From: Escherichia coli
Lineage (GTDB): Bacteria; Pseudomonadota; Gammaproteobacteria; Enterobacterales; Enterobacteriaceae
Assembly (NCBI RefSeq): GCF_048403405.1
Contig: NZ_CP183129.1
Reading direction: 5' to 3' (one strand)
DNA length: 64,000 nt
Shown: piece after piece, positions 12,254 through 23,297 of the stretch
Layout of the letters: each line of letters starts with the position of its first letter
Position numbering within the stretch: position 1 is the first letter of the stretch
Made by a program: the position numbers and the translations under genes
Notes under the pieces: generated by a model
Told to the model about the DNA's origin: nothing
The model's input: only the letters and a program-made list of their open reading frames with translations
Database searches by the model: none

Positions 12254-13840
12254 ATGGCACATCCACCACGGCTGAATGACGACAAACCGGTTATCTGGAC
12301 GGTATCTGTAACGCGCCTGTTCGAGCTGTTTCGCGATATCAGCCTCGAGTTTGATCATCTGGCGAACATTACCCCTATCCAGCTTGGCTTTGAAAAAGCG
12401 GTGACCTACATCCGCAAAAAACTGGCAAACGAACGCTGTGACGCCATCATCGCTGCTGGCTCTAACGGCGCGTACCTGAAAAGCCGCCTGTCAGTGCCAG
12501 TTATTTTGATTAAACCGAGCGGCTACGATGTGTTACAGGCACTGGCAAAAGCCGGAAAACTCACCTCTTCTATCGGCGTTGTGACTTATCAGGAAACTAT
12601 TCCGGCGCTAGTGGCGTTTCAAAAAACCTTTAATTTGCGCCTCGACCAACGTAGCTACATTACCGAAGAAGACGCGCGCGGGCAGATTAACGAGCTGAAA
12701 GCTAACGGCACCGAAGCGGTGGTCGGCGCGGGGCTGATTACCGATTTGGCAGAAGAAGCCGGAATGACCGGAATTTTTATCTATTCCGCCGCCACCGTGC
12801 GCCAGGCATTCAGCGATGCGCTGGATATGACGCGCATGTCGTTACGCCATAACACTCACGATGCCACCCGCAACGCCCTGCGTACTCGTTACGTGCTGGG
12901 CGATATGCTCGGTCAATCACCACAGATGGAACAGGTACGGCAGACTATTTTGCTGTATGCCCGCTCCAGTGCGGCGGTGTTGATTGAGGGGGAAACGGGG
13001 ACGGGCAAAGAGCTGGCGGCCCAGGCGATTCATCGGGAATATTTTGCCCGCCACGATGCGCGACAGGGCAAAAAGTCGCATCCGTTTGTTGCCGTCAACT
13101 GCGGGGCGATTGCCGAATCGCTGCTGGAAGCAGAGCTGTTTGGCTATGAGGAAGGGGCGTTCACCGGCTCGCGACGTGGAGGTCGCGCCGGGCTGTTCGA
13201 AATTGCCCACGGCGGTACGCTGTTTCTGGATGAGATTGGCGAAATGCCGCTACCTTTGCAGACTCGCCTGTTACGGGTGCTGGAAGAAAAAGAGGTCACC
13301 CGCGTCGGCGGGCATCAGCCTGTTCCGGTAGATGTGCGGGTCATTAGCGCCACTCACTGCAATCTGGAAGAAGATATGCGGCAAGGGCAGTTTCGCCGTG
13401 ATCTGTTTTATCGGCTGAGTATTTTGCGTCTGCAATTGCCACCACTGCGCGAGCGGGTGACGGATATTCTGCCGCTGGCGGAAAGCTTTTTGAAAGTGTC
13501 TCTGGCGGCGCTCTCCGCCCCGTTTTCTGCCGCATTACGCCAGGGATTACAGGCAAGCGAAACCGTGCTGGTGCACTACGACTGGCCGGGCAATATTCGT
13601 GAACTGCGCAATATGATGGAGCGACTGGCGCTGTTTTTAAGTGTGGAACCGACGCCGGATTTAACGCCGCAGTTTTTGCAGCTGCTACTGCCGGAGCTGG
13701 CGCGCGAGTCAGCGAAAATTCCCTCCCCATCCTTGCTGACACCACAACAGGCACTGGAGAAATTTAATGGCGATAAAACAGCAGCGGCGAATTATTTAGG
13801 TATCAGCCGGACGACGTTCTGGCGGCGGCTGAAAAGCTGA
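12254..13840 (+). CDS. prpR: Sigma54-dependent transcriptional activator of the prp operon
   Basis: ORF track 12242..13840 (TTG); ATG at 12254 gives [15 protein letters not shown]...; AAA+ motifs GETGTGKE and GAFTG, C-terminal HTH. Confidence 0.9.
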   Translation: MAHPPRLNDDKPVIWTVSVTRLFELFRDISLEFDHLANITPIQLGFEKAVTYIRKKLANERCDAIIAAGSNGAYLKSRLSVPVILIKPSGYDVLQALAKAGKLTSSIGVVTYQETIPALVAFQKTFNLRLDQRSYITEEDARGQINELKANGTEAVVGAGLITDLAEEAGMTGIFIYSAATVRQAFSDALDMTRMSLRHNTHDATRNALRTRYVLGDMLGQSPQMEQVRQTILLYARSSAAVLIEGETGTGKELAAQAIHREYFARHDARQGKKSHPFVAVNCGAIAESLLEAELFGYEEGAFTGSRRGGRAGLFEIAHGGTLFLDEIGEMPLPLQTRLLRVLEEKEVTRVGGHQPVPVDVRVISATHCNLEEDMRQGQFRRDLFYRLSILRLQLPPLRERVTDILPLAESFLKVSLAALSAPFSAALRQGLQASETVLVHYDWPGNIRELRNMMERLALFLSVEPTPDLTPQFLQLLLPELARESAKIPSPSLLTPQQALEKFNGDKTAAANYLGISRTTFWRRLKS

Positions 13841-13940
13841 ACTGCCGAATGCAGCGCGAACGCTTTATCCGGCATAAATTTCAATAGATGATGATCACCG
13901 ATAAACTTACGCATCGGGGATGTTTACATAGGATTCAGAA

Positions 13941-14216
13941 TTACTTCTTCTTATAAATATTTGCCGTGCCGTGAATCTTATTGTCAGTTTGACCAGAGGT
14001 CAGCACCAACACATCAGCCCCTTTTTCATCGGCTTTTTTGATCAAATCTTCTTTCGCATCTGCGGTCGACATTTCATTACTGGTTGAAATATCACCTATT
14101 TTTTCATATTGCGATTCAACCTTTTCAAATTCCGCTTTGGTCATTAATTCTGCGGCATAGACATTGGTAACGGCAAACGCTAATGCACCGACTAACATTT
14201 TAGAGATTATTTTCAT
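13941..14216 (-). CDS. yahO: Small secreted protein of the YahO/DUF1471 family
   Basis: 91 aa; N-terminal signal peptide [21 protein letters not shown]. Confidence 0.8.
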   Translation of the reverse strand: MKIISKMLVGALAFAVTNVYAAELMTKAEFEKVESQYEKIGDISTSNEMSTADAKEDLIKKADEKGADVLVLTSGQTDNKIHGTANIYKKK

Positions 14217-14362
14217 ATTACGGCTCCAGAGTTGTTATCACACTATCACCCACCCACATTATTGGGTTGATTAATAATTAGTTCAGTCAGGGCATAAACG
14301 CCAGTAACCGGAAATAAGACACTTTGTGATCTCTCTCGCACCCGATTATTTTTGGTAGAAAT

Positions 14363-15034
14363 ATGATGAAGTTACTTCACTTTTTTATGGATGAAATCAC
14401 TATGGATCCTTTGCACGCCGTTTACCTGACCGTAGGACTGTTCGTGATTACTTTTTTTAATCCGGGAGCCAATCTCTTTGTGGTAGTACAAACCAGCCTG
14501 GCTTCCGGTCGACGCGCAGGGGTGCTGACCGGGCTGGGCGTGGCGCTGGGCGATGCATTTTATTCCGGGTTGGGTTTGTTTGGTCTTGCAACGCTAATTA
14601 CGCAGTGTGAGGAGATTTTTTCGCTTATCAGAATCGTCGGCGGCGCTTATCTCTTATGGTTTGCGTGGTGCAGCATGCGCCGCCAGTCAACACCGCAAAT
14701 GAGCACACTACAACAACCGATTAACGCCCCCTGGTATGTCTTTTTTCGCCGCGGATTAATTACCGATCTCTCTAACCCGCAAACCGTTTTATTTTTTATC
14801 AGTATTTTCTCAGTAACATTAAATGCCGAAACACCAACATGGGCACGTTTAATGGCCTGGGCGGGGATTGTGCTCGCATCAATTATCTGGCGAGTCTTTC
14901 TTAGTCAGGCGTTTTCTTTGCCCGCAGTGCGTCGTGCTTATGGGCGTATGCAACGCGTTGCCAGTCGGGTTATTGGTGCAATTATTGGTGTATTCGCGCT
15001 ACGCCTGATTTACGAAGGGGTGACGCAGCGGTGA
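14363..15034 (+). CDS. yahN: LysE/RhtB-type amino-acid exporter
   Basis: 223 aa hydrophobic protein with LysE-like topology. Confidence 0.8.
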   Translation: MMKLLHFFMDEITMDPLHAVYLTVGLFVITFFNPGANLFVVVQTSLASGRRAGVLTGLGVALGDAFYSGLGLFGLATLITQCEEIFSLIRIVGGAYLLWFAWCSMRRQSTPQMSTLQQPINAPWYVFFRRGLITDLSNPQTVLFFISIFSVTLNAETPTWARLMAWAGIVLASIIWRVFLSQAFSLPAVRRAYGRMQRVASRVIGAIIGVFALRLIYEGVTQR

Positions 15035-15050
15035 GCAGATAATTTACTCT

Positions 15051-15296
15051 CTACGTAATCAACCTGATTTGCCGAATCCCGACCATCGGCGATGATAGCC
15101 CCCGTAATGCGTGGTCCTTATTTCCGATAAGTTTACTTGAGTCTTTAGCTTCCCATTTCAGCCCACTCTCCCCTGTGTGGGCTTTTTTCATTGCTCTGCC
15201 CCGTCCTGAATAGCCAAACAATGGCAATGTTTCACTTTGCAGGGATGATAATAAGGGGATCTGATTCAGAAGAGTTATGAAAAGTTGGACCGCCAT
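15051..15296 (-). CDS. yahM: Hypothetical small protein
   Basis: ORF 15051..15326 with internal ATG at 15294-15296; overlaps the yahN terminator on the opposite strand, so coding status is uncertain. Confidence 0.4.
   Translation of the reverse strand: MAVQLFITLLNQIPLLSSLQSETLPLFGYSGRGRAMKKAHTGESGLKWEAKDSSKLIGNKDHALRGLSSPMVGIRQIRLIT
15161..15188 (+). terminator. Rho-independent terminator downstream of yahN
   Basis: gcccac-tctcccctgt-gtgggc followed by tttttt. Confidence 0.65.
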
Positions 15297-15708
15297 CGAG
15301 GCCTCGAACCCCGTACCATACAACAATCCTGGTTGTCGTCTGCTCTTCCTGATGAGCTAATGGCGGTTTTTGATATGAGCCTTACAGCATATTTTCTGTC
15401 AGGCTTGAGTGCGATGCGTAAGATACAGAAAAGACCCCACACAAACATGATGGAATTATGATTTTTTTCATATGAATGTCAACCCACACATTCACAAAAC
15501 ATCTGCATGAGATCATTTTTTATACACCGTATAGCTGCGAAACCACTGCTGATGCTTTTTTAAGCGAAGCGTCGCCGATCACAACAAAATATCGGCGAAA
15601 AAGGCGGTGGAATGCCATTTGGCATACGGATATACAGATGAAATGATTACCTGCTTTGCGATTCACTCTCTGGTGGAATAACAACTCGCAGGTGGAACCC
15701 TTTCTGAA

Positions 15709-16524
15709 CTAAAGAGTGTAGCGGATTTTAACGTGCTTATTTACAGGATAATATCTGTCACCTAATTCCTGGACTCTATTAGATATCCATTGATTTAATC
15801 GCGCATCATCTCTGTATGTTTTTACGTCCAGAACAGAGAGCAATAACATCACCAGTGATTCAGGAAAAACAGGGTAGATATTTTTTAAGTGTAATAATAA
15901 TCCATGCGCAAGCGCCTGCTTAATGGGCGCGTCGGTCTCCGGGATAGACGACATTTCGCGAAGCCATTTTTCCACATGCATACACTCTTTCCCTTTAGGG
16001 AAAAGTCTCAGCAAAGGCATATGGTGTTCAAGAAGAATACATTTGCAATCTGTTCGCACTGAATCGATAAACTGCACTAATTTCTTAAGCCCGGTAAAGC
16101 GTCCAGCCTGCACATTTGCTTTAATATCAAGAAACGCATCGTCCTGGTCATATACCCAAACTGTCCCTTTTTGATTTTCAAGTATGCGAAAAACAAACTT
16201 AACCGGGTGATCAGGGTAATCCATCCAGTCATAAAACCCAGGGAAATCATTAAACTGCACATTTATGGTGAGTGCGTTATCGTCTGACCACTCACAGTCT
16301 CGTACGGCAGCCATGAGATGAATGAGTTTGTCGTCATCGACTAAATCATCACGACAATCATAAGGATAATCATAATATTGTTTAATCAAAACCTTGAATA
16401 TATCGACACAGGAAACCAGGGAGCTTTTGATATCCTCTGGTAACTGATTGTTTTTAACCGTATTAAGTATGCTTTGTTGCGTATATGGCATCAAATTATT
16501 GTGCGGAGCTTTTAATGATATCAT
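15709..16524 (-). CDS. yahL: Uncharacterized protein
   Basis: 271 aa ORF; AT-rich, no recognisable catalytic motif. Confidence 0.7.
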   Translation of the reverse strand: MISLKAPHNNLMPYTQQSILNTVKNNQLPEDIKSSLVSCVDIFKVLIKQYYDYPYDCRDDLVDDDKLIHLMAAVRDCEWSDDNALTINVQFNDFPGFYDWMDYPDHPVKFVFRILENQKGTVWVYDQDDAFLDIKANVQAGRFTGLKKLVQFIDSVRTDCKCILLEHHMPLLRLFPKGKECMHVEKWLREMSSIPETDAPIKQALAHGLLLHLKNIYPVFPESLVMLLLSVLDVKTYRDDARLNQWISNRVQELGDRYYPVNKHVKIRYTL

Positions 16525-16691
16525 CGCGATCTCTCTTAAATAAAAATAAACGTCGCAGATAATAAAGCTCTGATTAAACCAGGCACTATCAGAAATCGCT
16601 CATAACTAACGTGTGAAGTATTGTGTACTGGAGGGAGTTAATTTAACAATTTGAATTTACGTTATAGGTTTTACTGCTACTTTGATATTAT

Positions 16692-16729
16692 TTCGCTCTC
16701 CTTAACTAAAAAGTTAAGTGGAGAGCGAA
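16692..16729. other. Long inverted repeat (10 + 6 bp arms) immediately 3' of yahK
   Basis: ttcgctctcc-ttaact-aaaa-agttaa-gt-ggagagcgaa; no clear U-tract on either strand. Confidence 0.5.
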
Positions 16730-16766
16730 GTTAATATGTTAAACCACAGGGTATTTATTAATTTTT

Positions 16767-17816
16767 TCAGTCTGTTAGTGTGCGATTATCGATAACAAAA
16801 CGATATTTCACATCTCCTCGCAGCATTCGCTCATAGGCTTCATTAATTTGATCGGCCCGAATCATCTCTATATCAGCCACGATGCCATGTTCGGCGCAAA
16901 AATCGAGCATCTCCTGAGTTTCTGGAATGCCGCCAATCATAGAACCGGCTATCGCACGGCGTTTCATGATCAGGTTGAAAACTTCCGGCGATTTATGCGG
17001 TGTCGCAGGCGCACCAACCAGCGTCATGGTGCCATCACGCTTCAGCAAGGTGGTAAAATCGTCGAGATTATGTGGCGCAGCTACTGTATTCAAAATGAAA
17101 TCGAAACTCTTGAGATGAGCCGCCATCTCATCGGCATTGCGTGAGTTAACAACTTCATCGGCCCCCAGGGCTTTTGCCGCTTCGCGTTTTGACTCAGAAG
17201 TGGTAAATGCCACCACATGCGCCCCCATCGCGTGGGCCAGCTTAATCCCCATATGTCCCAGACCGCCGATGCCGACCACGCCCACTTTTTTACCCGGACC
17301 GACCTGCCAGTGACGTAGCGGCGAATACGTGGTGATCCCTGCACACAACAAAGGTGCCACCGCCGCCAGCTGCTCTTGCGGGTGACGAATACGCAGAACA
17401 TATCGCTCATGAACGACGATCTGTTGTGAGTAGCCGCCCAGAGTATGGCCCGGTTCGTCCGGCGTCGGCGAGTTATAGGTGCCGGTCATGTGATCACAGT
17501 AGTTTTCCAGCCCGTCTTCACACTCTTCGCAATGTTTACAACTGTCGACAATACAGCCGACACCGACCAGATCGCCCGGCGCATATTTTTCTACCTGATC
17601 ACCAACAGCTACCACGCGCCCTACAATTTCATGGCCCGGCACGCAGGGATAAACCGTCCCCGCCCACTCGGAACGGACCTGGTGGATATCGGAATGGCAG
17701 ACGCCACAGTAAGCGATTTCAATTTTGACATCATGCGGTCCCGGTTCACGCCGGGTGATATCCATCGATTCAAGTGGTTGTTTAGCGGAATATGCACCAA
17801 CAGCTTTGATCTTCAT
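16767..17816 (-). CDS. yahK: Zn-dependent alcohol dehydrogenase-family aldehyde reductase
   Basis: 349 aa; zinc-ADH motifs (GHEIVG; structural-zinc cysteine cluster CxxCxxC); Rossmann GVVGIGGLG. Confidence 0.85.
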   Translation of the reverse strand: MKIKAVGAYSAKQPLESMDITRREPGPHDVKIEIAYCGVCHSDIHQVRSEWAGTVYPCVPGHEIVGRVVAVGDQVEKYAPGDLVGVGCIVDSCKHCEECEDGLENYCDHMTGTYNSPTPDEPGHTLGGYSQQIVVHERYVLRIRHPQEQLAAVAPLLCAGITTYSPLRHWQVGPGKKVGVVGIGGLGHMGIKLAHAMGAHVVAFTTSESKREAAKALGADEVVNSRNADEMAAHLKSFDFILNTVAAPHNLDDFTTLLKRDGTMTLVGAPATPHKSPEVFNLIMKRRAIAGSMIGGIPETQEMLDFCAEHGIVADIEMIRADQINEAYERMLRGDVKYRFVIDNRTLTD

Positions 17817-17902
17817 TGTGTTTACTCCTGATTAGCTATGTGTATTTGGCGATGCCTGATATGTCATCGCGGCAAAACGCGTCCATTGAATATAGCCAAT
17901 AT

Positions 17903-18889
17903 TTAAACCACCCGATCCAGCCCCAACATGCCGCGAGCCTGAATGAAACAGAGCAGCAACGTTCCCCATAAGGCCATCGTCAGGTAGGGGCTTATACCGA
18001 GAATATTGAAGCCGCTTTCAATAATTTGCAGAAGAAACAGCGCCAGCACCATACCAATTATCCGCCCGCTGCCGCCGTCCGGATTAACCCCGCCGAGTAC
18101 TGCCGCGAGGATTGACACCAGCAAGTACGATTCGCCATAAGAGGCCTTAGCCGAGTTGAGTTTCGACATCATCAAAAATGCCGCTACCGCACAAAGCAAG
18201 GCGGAAATAACATACACCCATATCAGCACCCGACGAGTGTTAATACCGGAGTAAAGTGTTGCTCGTTCGTTAGAACCAATCAGATAAATGGCTTTACCGA
18301 GCGGCGTTTTCTCCAGCAATATCCACAGCCCCAGCGCCACTGCGGTAAACAACCACATCGGTAGCGGAATACCGAACCACTGTGCATGATTCAACCACAG
18401 CACCCATGAGGGATAATTGGCAATGGCGCTACCGCCTGTCACCAGAATATTTACCCCTTTGAGCAACGTCATCATCCCAAGCGTTGCAAGAATTGGCGAC
18501 ACTCGAATACCAGCAATCAATACGCCGTTACATAAACCGATTATCACCGCCGCGCCAGCGCCCGCCAGCAGCGTAGCGACAACCGTAGCAATACCCGGTG
18601 GATACTGAGTCGCCACCCACGCCATCACCAGTGAACAGGCGTTAGCAGTGGCTATAATTGACAAGTTAATGCCACCGCAAAGCATGGTCACCGCCATAGC
18701 CAACGCCAGAATGCCCAGCACGGGCATTTGCGAAGCGACGGACTGGAAATTACTTATCGACCAGAAAATCTCCGGCATAGTAATGCTGAACGCGGCAACA
18801 GTTAGCACCAGCAGGCCGATCAAGTAAAACTCAACGTTATTACGCCACGATTTTTTCATAGCAGACTCCGGTTCTGATGCTGACTCCAC
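17903..18889 (-). CDS. ABC transporter permease (sugar/CUT2-type)
   Basis: 328 aa polytopic membrane protein, second of two tandem permeases. Confidence 0.75.
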   Translation of the reverse strand: MESASEPESAMKKSWRNNVEFYLIGLLVLTVAAFSITMPEIFWSISNFQSVASQMPVLGILALAMAVTMLCGGINLSIIATANACSLVMAWVATQYPPGIATVVATLLAGAGAAVIIGLCNGVLIAGIRVSPILATLGMMTLLKGVNILVTGGSAIANYPSWVLWLNHAQWFGIPLPMWLFTAVALGLWILLEKTPLGKAIYLIGSNERATLYSGINTRRVLIWVYVISALLCAVAAFLMMSKLNSAKASYGESYLLVSILAAVLGGVNPDGGSGRIIGMVLALFLLQIIESGFNILGISPYLTMALWGTLLLCFIQARGMLGLDRVV

Positions 18890-19827
18890 GCCGTGGCGCT
18901 AATGCTGGCAACGATGATGATGCCGGTGATCAATGTTTGCCAGTAAGACGAGACTCCCAATAAATTTAGCCCGTTTTGCATCACTGCCAACAACACCACG
19001 CCGAGCAAAGTACCGGTTAACGTGCCGCGCCCGCCGAGCAAACTAGTGCCGCCAAGCACCACCGCAGCCAGTACTGTCAGCTCATAACCCAGAAGAGAAT
19101 CGGGGGCGACAGTCATCACCGTCCACGACTGCACTACACCCGCAGCACCAGACATCAATCCCATATAGCCATAGACGAAAAGTTGCAGTTTCAGCACGCT
19201 AAAGCCGATGCGACTGGCGGATTCACGGTTCCCGCCAAGGGCATAAATTTTGCGCCCTACACTGGTGAAATTCATGATAAACGCTGTTAGCAGCACCACC
19301 GTAATCATGGCGATCAGCGGCAGACCAAGGCCATAGTCATAGCCATCAGCATCGGTGTACTTGAACAACATTACCCCCTGCTCAAACCACGGCGGAAAGT
19401 CGTACAGCCACACACCTTTACTCAACCATAACAGCAGGCCATAGAAAATATTCAGCGTCGAAATGGTGATGATGATAGAAGGCACCCGTAGGCGATTAAC
19501 CAGTAAGGCGTTTATTAAGCCAAGTAAAATGCCGATGCCGCCCGCCAGGGCAAACGCGACAGCAAAGTTGCCACCAATTTTTTGCAGCAACAGCACCATG
19601 CCGTATTGCGCAATGATGGTCATTGCCGGAAACGAAATATCAATCCCACCGGAAATTAACACCACAAACAAACCACAGGCGAGAATAGTCAACATGGCAT
19701 AGTTATTGGCGAGATCGTACAAATTACCGAATGTCAGAAACTCGTCGCTGCGCCAGGCAAGGCCAACAAACAGCACCACAATCAGTAATGCCAGCCAGAA
19801 TTCATGGCGTTTTTTCAGTTCAGCCAT
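18856..19827 (-). CDS. ABC transporter permease (sugar/CUT2-type)
   Basis: 323 aa polytopic membrane protein; 8 nt overlap with ATPase gene end. Confidence 0.75.
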   Translation of the reverse strand: MAELKKRHEFWLALLIVVLFVGLAWRSDEFLTFGNLYDLANNYAMLTILACGLFVVLISGGIDISFPAMTIIAQYGMVLLLQKIGGNFAVAFALAGGIGILLGLINALLVNRLRVPSIIITISTLNIFYGLLLWLSKGVWLYDFPPWFEQGVMLFKYTDADGYDYGLGLPLIAMITVVLLTAFIMNFTSVGRKIYALGGNRESASRIGFSVLKLQLFVYGYMGLMSGAAGVVQSWTVMTVAPDSLLGYELTVLAAVVLGGTSLLGGRGTLTGTLLGVVLLAVMQNGLNLLGVSSYWQTLITGIIIVASISATAWSQHQNRSLL

Positions 19828-21319
19828 TTACCACCTCCGCAATCCTGGCCTGAGAACTGCTGTCAGGCAGGAAGCTATGGGTGATCTGACCTTTTTGCAT
19901 TACCAAAATCCGGTGGCTTTGATACCACGCTTCTTCAATTTCATCGCAGATCATCAATACCGCAATGCCATGAGCCGCCAGATCGCTGATAATGCCGTAT
20001 ATTCCTGCTTTGTTGGCGATATCAACACCGACAGTCGGGCTATCGAGAATCAACAGTCGTGGCCCAATCGCCAGCCATTTGGCGATCGATACTCGCTGCG
20101 CGTTACCCCCAGAAAGCGTATTCACCGGGAGATGTGGGTCAGAGACTTTGATGGTCAATGCCTTGATTAGCCTGTCCACCAGGTCACGCACTTTAGCTTC
20201 ACTCAGAAAGCCGAAGCGATCTTTTACCTTGTGAAAAACAGTGCTAATGATGTTGTCTTCAATAGATTGCGCCATCACCAAACCGCGCGACATGCGATCT
20301 TCCGAAACATAACCAATACCGTGGCGGATGGCGTCCTGGTTACTATGCAGTGTAACCGGCTGACCGTTGATGAGGATCTCACCAGCATCCGGTCGGGTCA
20401 TACCAAACAGACTCAGACATAATTCCGTGCGCCCCGCACCAAGCAGGCCAACAATCGACACCACTTCGCCCGCTTCCACCCGCAAGTTAATATTTTGATA
20501 TTCCCCATGACGACTTAAATTACGCACCTCTAGCACTGGGATGCTGGATTTTCCCTGCCACAACTCTCGCACCTGATATTCAAACTCCTGGCCGGTCATC
20601 AGGAAACCGAGTTGTTTTGTGGTCATCTCTGCAGCCGGAAAGGTCCCGACCAGCTCACCATCTTTCAACACTGAAATACGGTCGGAAACTTCCATCACCT
20701 CTTCCAGACGATGACTGACGAAGACCACGCAGATCCCGCGTTCCCGCAATTGATGCACCACCTGTAATAACCCTTGCACTTCCTGATGGGTCAGCGAAGC
20801 GGTTGGTTCATCCATCACGATCAACCGTGCGTCCTGCGCCAGTGCACGGCAAATTGCCACCAGCTGACAGCGGGCAATTGAAAGCTCAGAAACGAGCGTA
20901 TCCAGTGGCAATGTGACGTTAATACTGGTCATTGCCGCCTGCGCCACCTCACGCAGACGACGGCGGTTAACAAACAGACCGTGGTGATAGTGATTCACGG
21001 CGATATTCTCCCAGACACTCAGGTTAGGAAATAAAGAGAGGTCCTGATAAATCACCTGAATCCCCTGCGCCACCGAAGCGGCGGGTGTCAGCTTTGACCA
21101 GTTTTTCCCACCAAGCGTAATTTCCGCCCCCTCATCCGGGCGATAAACACCGGACATAATTTTAATCAACGTCGATTTACCACAGCCGTTTTGCCCGGCA
21201 AGGCAGTGCACTTCACCCGACATAAAGTCGAGAGAAACATCGCGCAGCGCTCGCGTGGCATGAAACGTTTTGTTGATATGACGAAGGGAAAGGAAGGTTT
21301 CCATAGCATCCCCTGGCAA
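19820..21319 (-). CDS. ABC transporter ATP-binding protein, duplicated ABC domains
   Basis: 499 aa; Walker A GQNGCGKST, signature LSGG in the second half; two-domain architecture typical of RbsA/LsrA-like ATPases. Confidence 0.8.
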   Translation of the reverse strand: MPGDAMETFLSLRHINKTFHATRALRDVSLDFMSGEVHCLAGQNGCGKSTLIKIMSGVYRPDEGAEITLGGKNWSKLTPAASVAQGIQVIYQDLSLFPNLSVWENIAVNHYHHGLFVNRRRLREVAQAAMTSINVTLPLDTLVSELSIARCQLVAICRALAQDARLIVMDEPTASLTHQEVQGLLQVVHQLRERGICVVFVSHRLEEVMEVSDRISVLKDGELVGTFPAAEMTTKQLGFLMTGQEFEYQVRELWQGKSSIPVLEVRNLSRHGEYQNINLRVEAGEVVSIVGLLGAGRTELCLSLFGMTRPDAGEILINGQPVTLHSNQDAIRHGIGYVSEDRMSRGLVMAQSIEDNIISTVFHKVKDRFGFLSEAKVRDLVDRLIKALTIKVSDPHLPVNTLSGGNAQRVSIAKWLAIGPRLLILDSPTVGVDIANKAGIYGIISDLAAHGIAVLMICDEIEEAWYQSHRILVMQKGQITHSFLPDSSSQARIAEVVNG

Positions 21320-21352
21320 TAAGAATCGGGGCTTTCGCCCCGAAGAAATGGA

Positions 21353-22339
21353 TTAATAAAGTGAGTCGATATTGTCTTTGTTGACCAGTAATACCTTATG
21401 GAAACGGATAATTCGCTTATCCATATCTACATCGGCCTTACCGAGATTCTCCATTTCTAATCCAGGTTTGATCTCTTCACCCTTCAGCAACGTGCTGGCG
21501 ACGGCCGCGAGTGCGTAACCTGCAGAGGCCGGATCGTAAGTAATCCCTTCGGTGATATCACCACTTTTAATCAGTGATGCCGCCTGTGAAGGGATCATCA
21601 TGCCATAGACTGCGACTTTATTTTTCGCCCGTTTCTCTTTCACTGCACGTCCCGCGCCAATCGGACCGTTTGAACCAAAGGAGACAACCGCTTTCAAGTC
21701 AGGATAGGTTTTCATCAGGTCCAGTGTGGTACGACGTGAGTCATCCACACTCTCGGCAACCGGCATGCGGCGGGTAACTTCATGCATATCCGGGTAATGC
21801 TCTTTCTGGTATTTCACCAGCAAGTCAGCCCATAAGTTATGCTGCGGCACGGTCAAACTACCCACGTAAATCACATAGCCGCCCTTGCCACCCATGCGTT
21901 TCGCCATATGCTCAACATATTCAGCGGCAAATTTTTCGTTATCAATGATTTCGATATCCCAGTTAGCACTTGGCTGACCGGGAGATTCGTTGGTCAGAAC
22001 CACAATCCCGGCATCTCGCGCTTTTTTGAATACCGGTTCCAGCACGTTGGCATCGTTTGGCACGATAGTAATTGCATTAACCTTACGGGCGATTAAATCC
22101 TCAATAATTTTAACCTGTTGCGGAGCATCAGTACTTGAAGGTCCCACCTGTGAGGCATTAACACCAAAGGCTTTACCCGCCTCGACCACACCTTCGCCCA
22201 TGCGATTAAACCACGGCATACCATCGACTTTAGAGATATTCACCACGACTTTTTCCGCTGCCTGGAGCGGCGCAGAAATTAGCGCAGCGCCTAATAACAG
22301 CGAAGACACCATATTGATAACAAAACGTTTATTCATCAT
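21353..22339 (-). CDS. Periplasmic substrate-binding protein, LsrB/RhaS-like
   Basis: 328 aa with Sec signal peptide; C-terminal ...KTYPDLKAVVSFGSNGP...VLLVNKDNIDSLY resembles LsrB ...KAYPDLDAIIAPDANAL...VIFNKDNIDKYDF as I recall it. Confidence 0.7.
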   Translation of the reverse strand: MMNKRFVINMVSSLLLGAALISAPLQAAEKVVVNISKVDGMPWFNRMGEGVVEAGKAFGVNASQVGPSSTDAPQQVKIIEDLIARKVNAITIVPNDANVLEPVFKKARDAGIVVLTNESPGQPSANWDIEIIDNEKFAAEYVEHMAKRMGGKGGYVIYVGSLTVPQHNLWADLLVKYQKEHYPDMHEVTRRMPVAESVDDSRRTTLDLMKTYPDLKAVVSFGSNGPIGAGRAVKEKRAKNKVAVYGMMIPSQAASLIKSGDITEGITYDPASAGYALAAVASTLLKGEEIKPGLEMENLGKADVDMDKRIIRFHKVLLVNKDNIDSLY

Positions 22340-22589
22340 TTCAGCCTCATTGCAGGGTAGTCAGGAAGTGTTCGCCCAAATTAGCGCGCTGGAGAGAATA
22401 AGAATTTTCGAATATTTTTATGCAGAATAAACAGCCCTATTTCAGGCAGCTATTAAAAATTTGGTTATAAATATGGACAAAACGGGCAGCAATAATAAGT
22501 GTGACATTCATCACGTAAAAAATAGCAAAATAAACAAAATTAGCGATATTTTATGTTTGTGAGCTTATTTCGCGTAGAAAAATAGTTAT

Positions 22590-23033
22590 CTACACAACGT
22601 CAATAAGGGCATATTCTTCAAAGATAACGTCCATTTCGGGTGAATAGCATCCTTCTGCCTGGAAAAAACGACGGTGTTCATTACGCCAATATTCAAGACT
22701 GAGGTCACCTTCACCTTCCTTACGGGCAAGCTCCGCGGTGACATCAGAAAAGCGCAGTAAATGCAGGCCAATCACTCTGATAACACAGACAGGCTCACCA
22801 CGGCTATTTTCTACAATCTTATACTCACCAATCATCGGAAATGCGTTGTCTTCAATACATCCCGCCAGCGAACCACAGGAAGCTGTTTTAACACCTGTCG
22901 CAATCAACGTTGCGAGGTGATCGGCCAACGCTGCTGAATCGCCAAAAGTACAAAAGGAAGCATGGGGATATTTTTGTGAGATTTTTTCTTTTATGGTCAT
23001 GAGAATATTTTCGCGATTACGGAAAAAAATCAC
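22590..23033 (-). CDS. Small hypothetical protein, possibly ASCH/PUA-like
   Basis: 147 aa ORF (likely shorter, from MTIKEK...); G-V-K-T motif faintly ASCH-like; weak support. Confidence 0.35.
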   Translation of the reverse strand: MIFFRNRENILMTIKEKISQKYPHASFCTFGDSAALADHLATLIATGVKTASCGSLAGCIEDNAFPMIGEYKIVENSRGEPVCVIRVIGLHLLRFSDVTAELARKEGEGDLSLEYWRNEHRRFFQAEGCYSPEMDVIFEEYALIDVV

Positions 23034-23297
23034 ATCTTAATTACTGTTGATAACCATCAGCAAGAGGATCATTGGTTTTTCTATGTTTAATCTTTTTTAT
23101 CCGAAGCCGGTCACATTTATGGCTTGATAAATACCTTTGTTAAAACTCACTTTTGTGTATTTCTCTCAAATAATCCCCTGGAAATTATGCCGGGAGATTA
23201 TAAAGTTCAGGATCATTCATTAGCAAACCATTGCTGCCCCACTCCCTGGGGCTTTAAATCTCTTACGATTCACCATTGCAGGCGTTTCAAATGCGTA

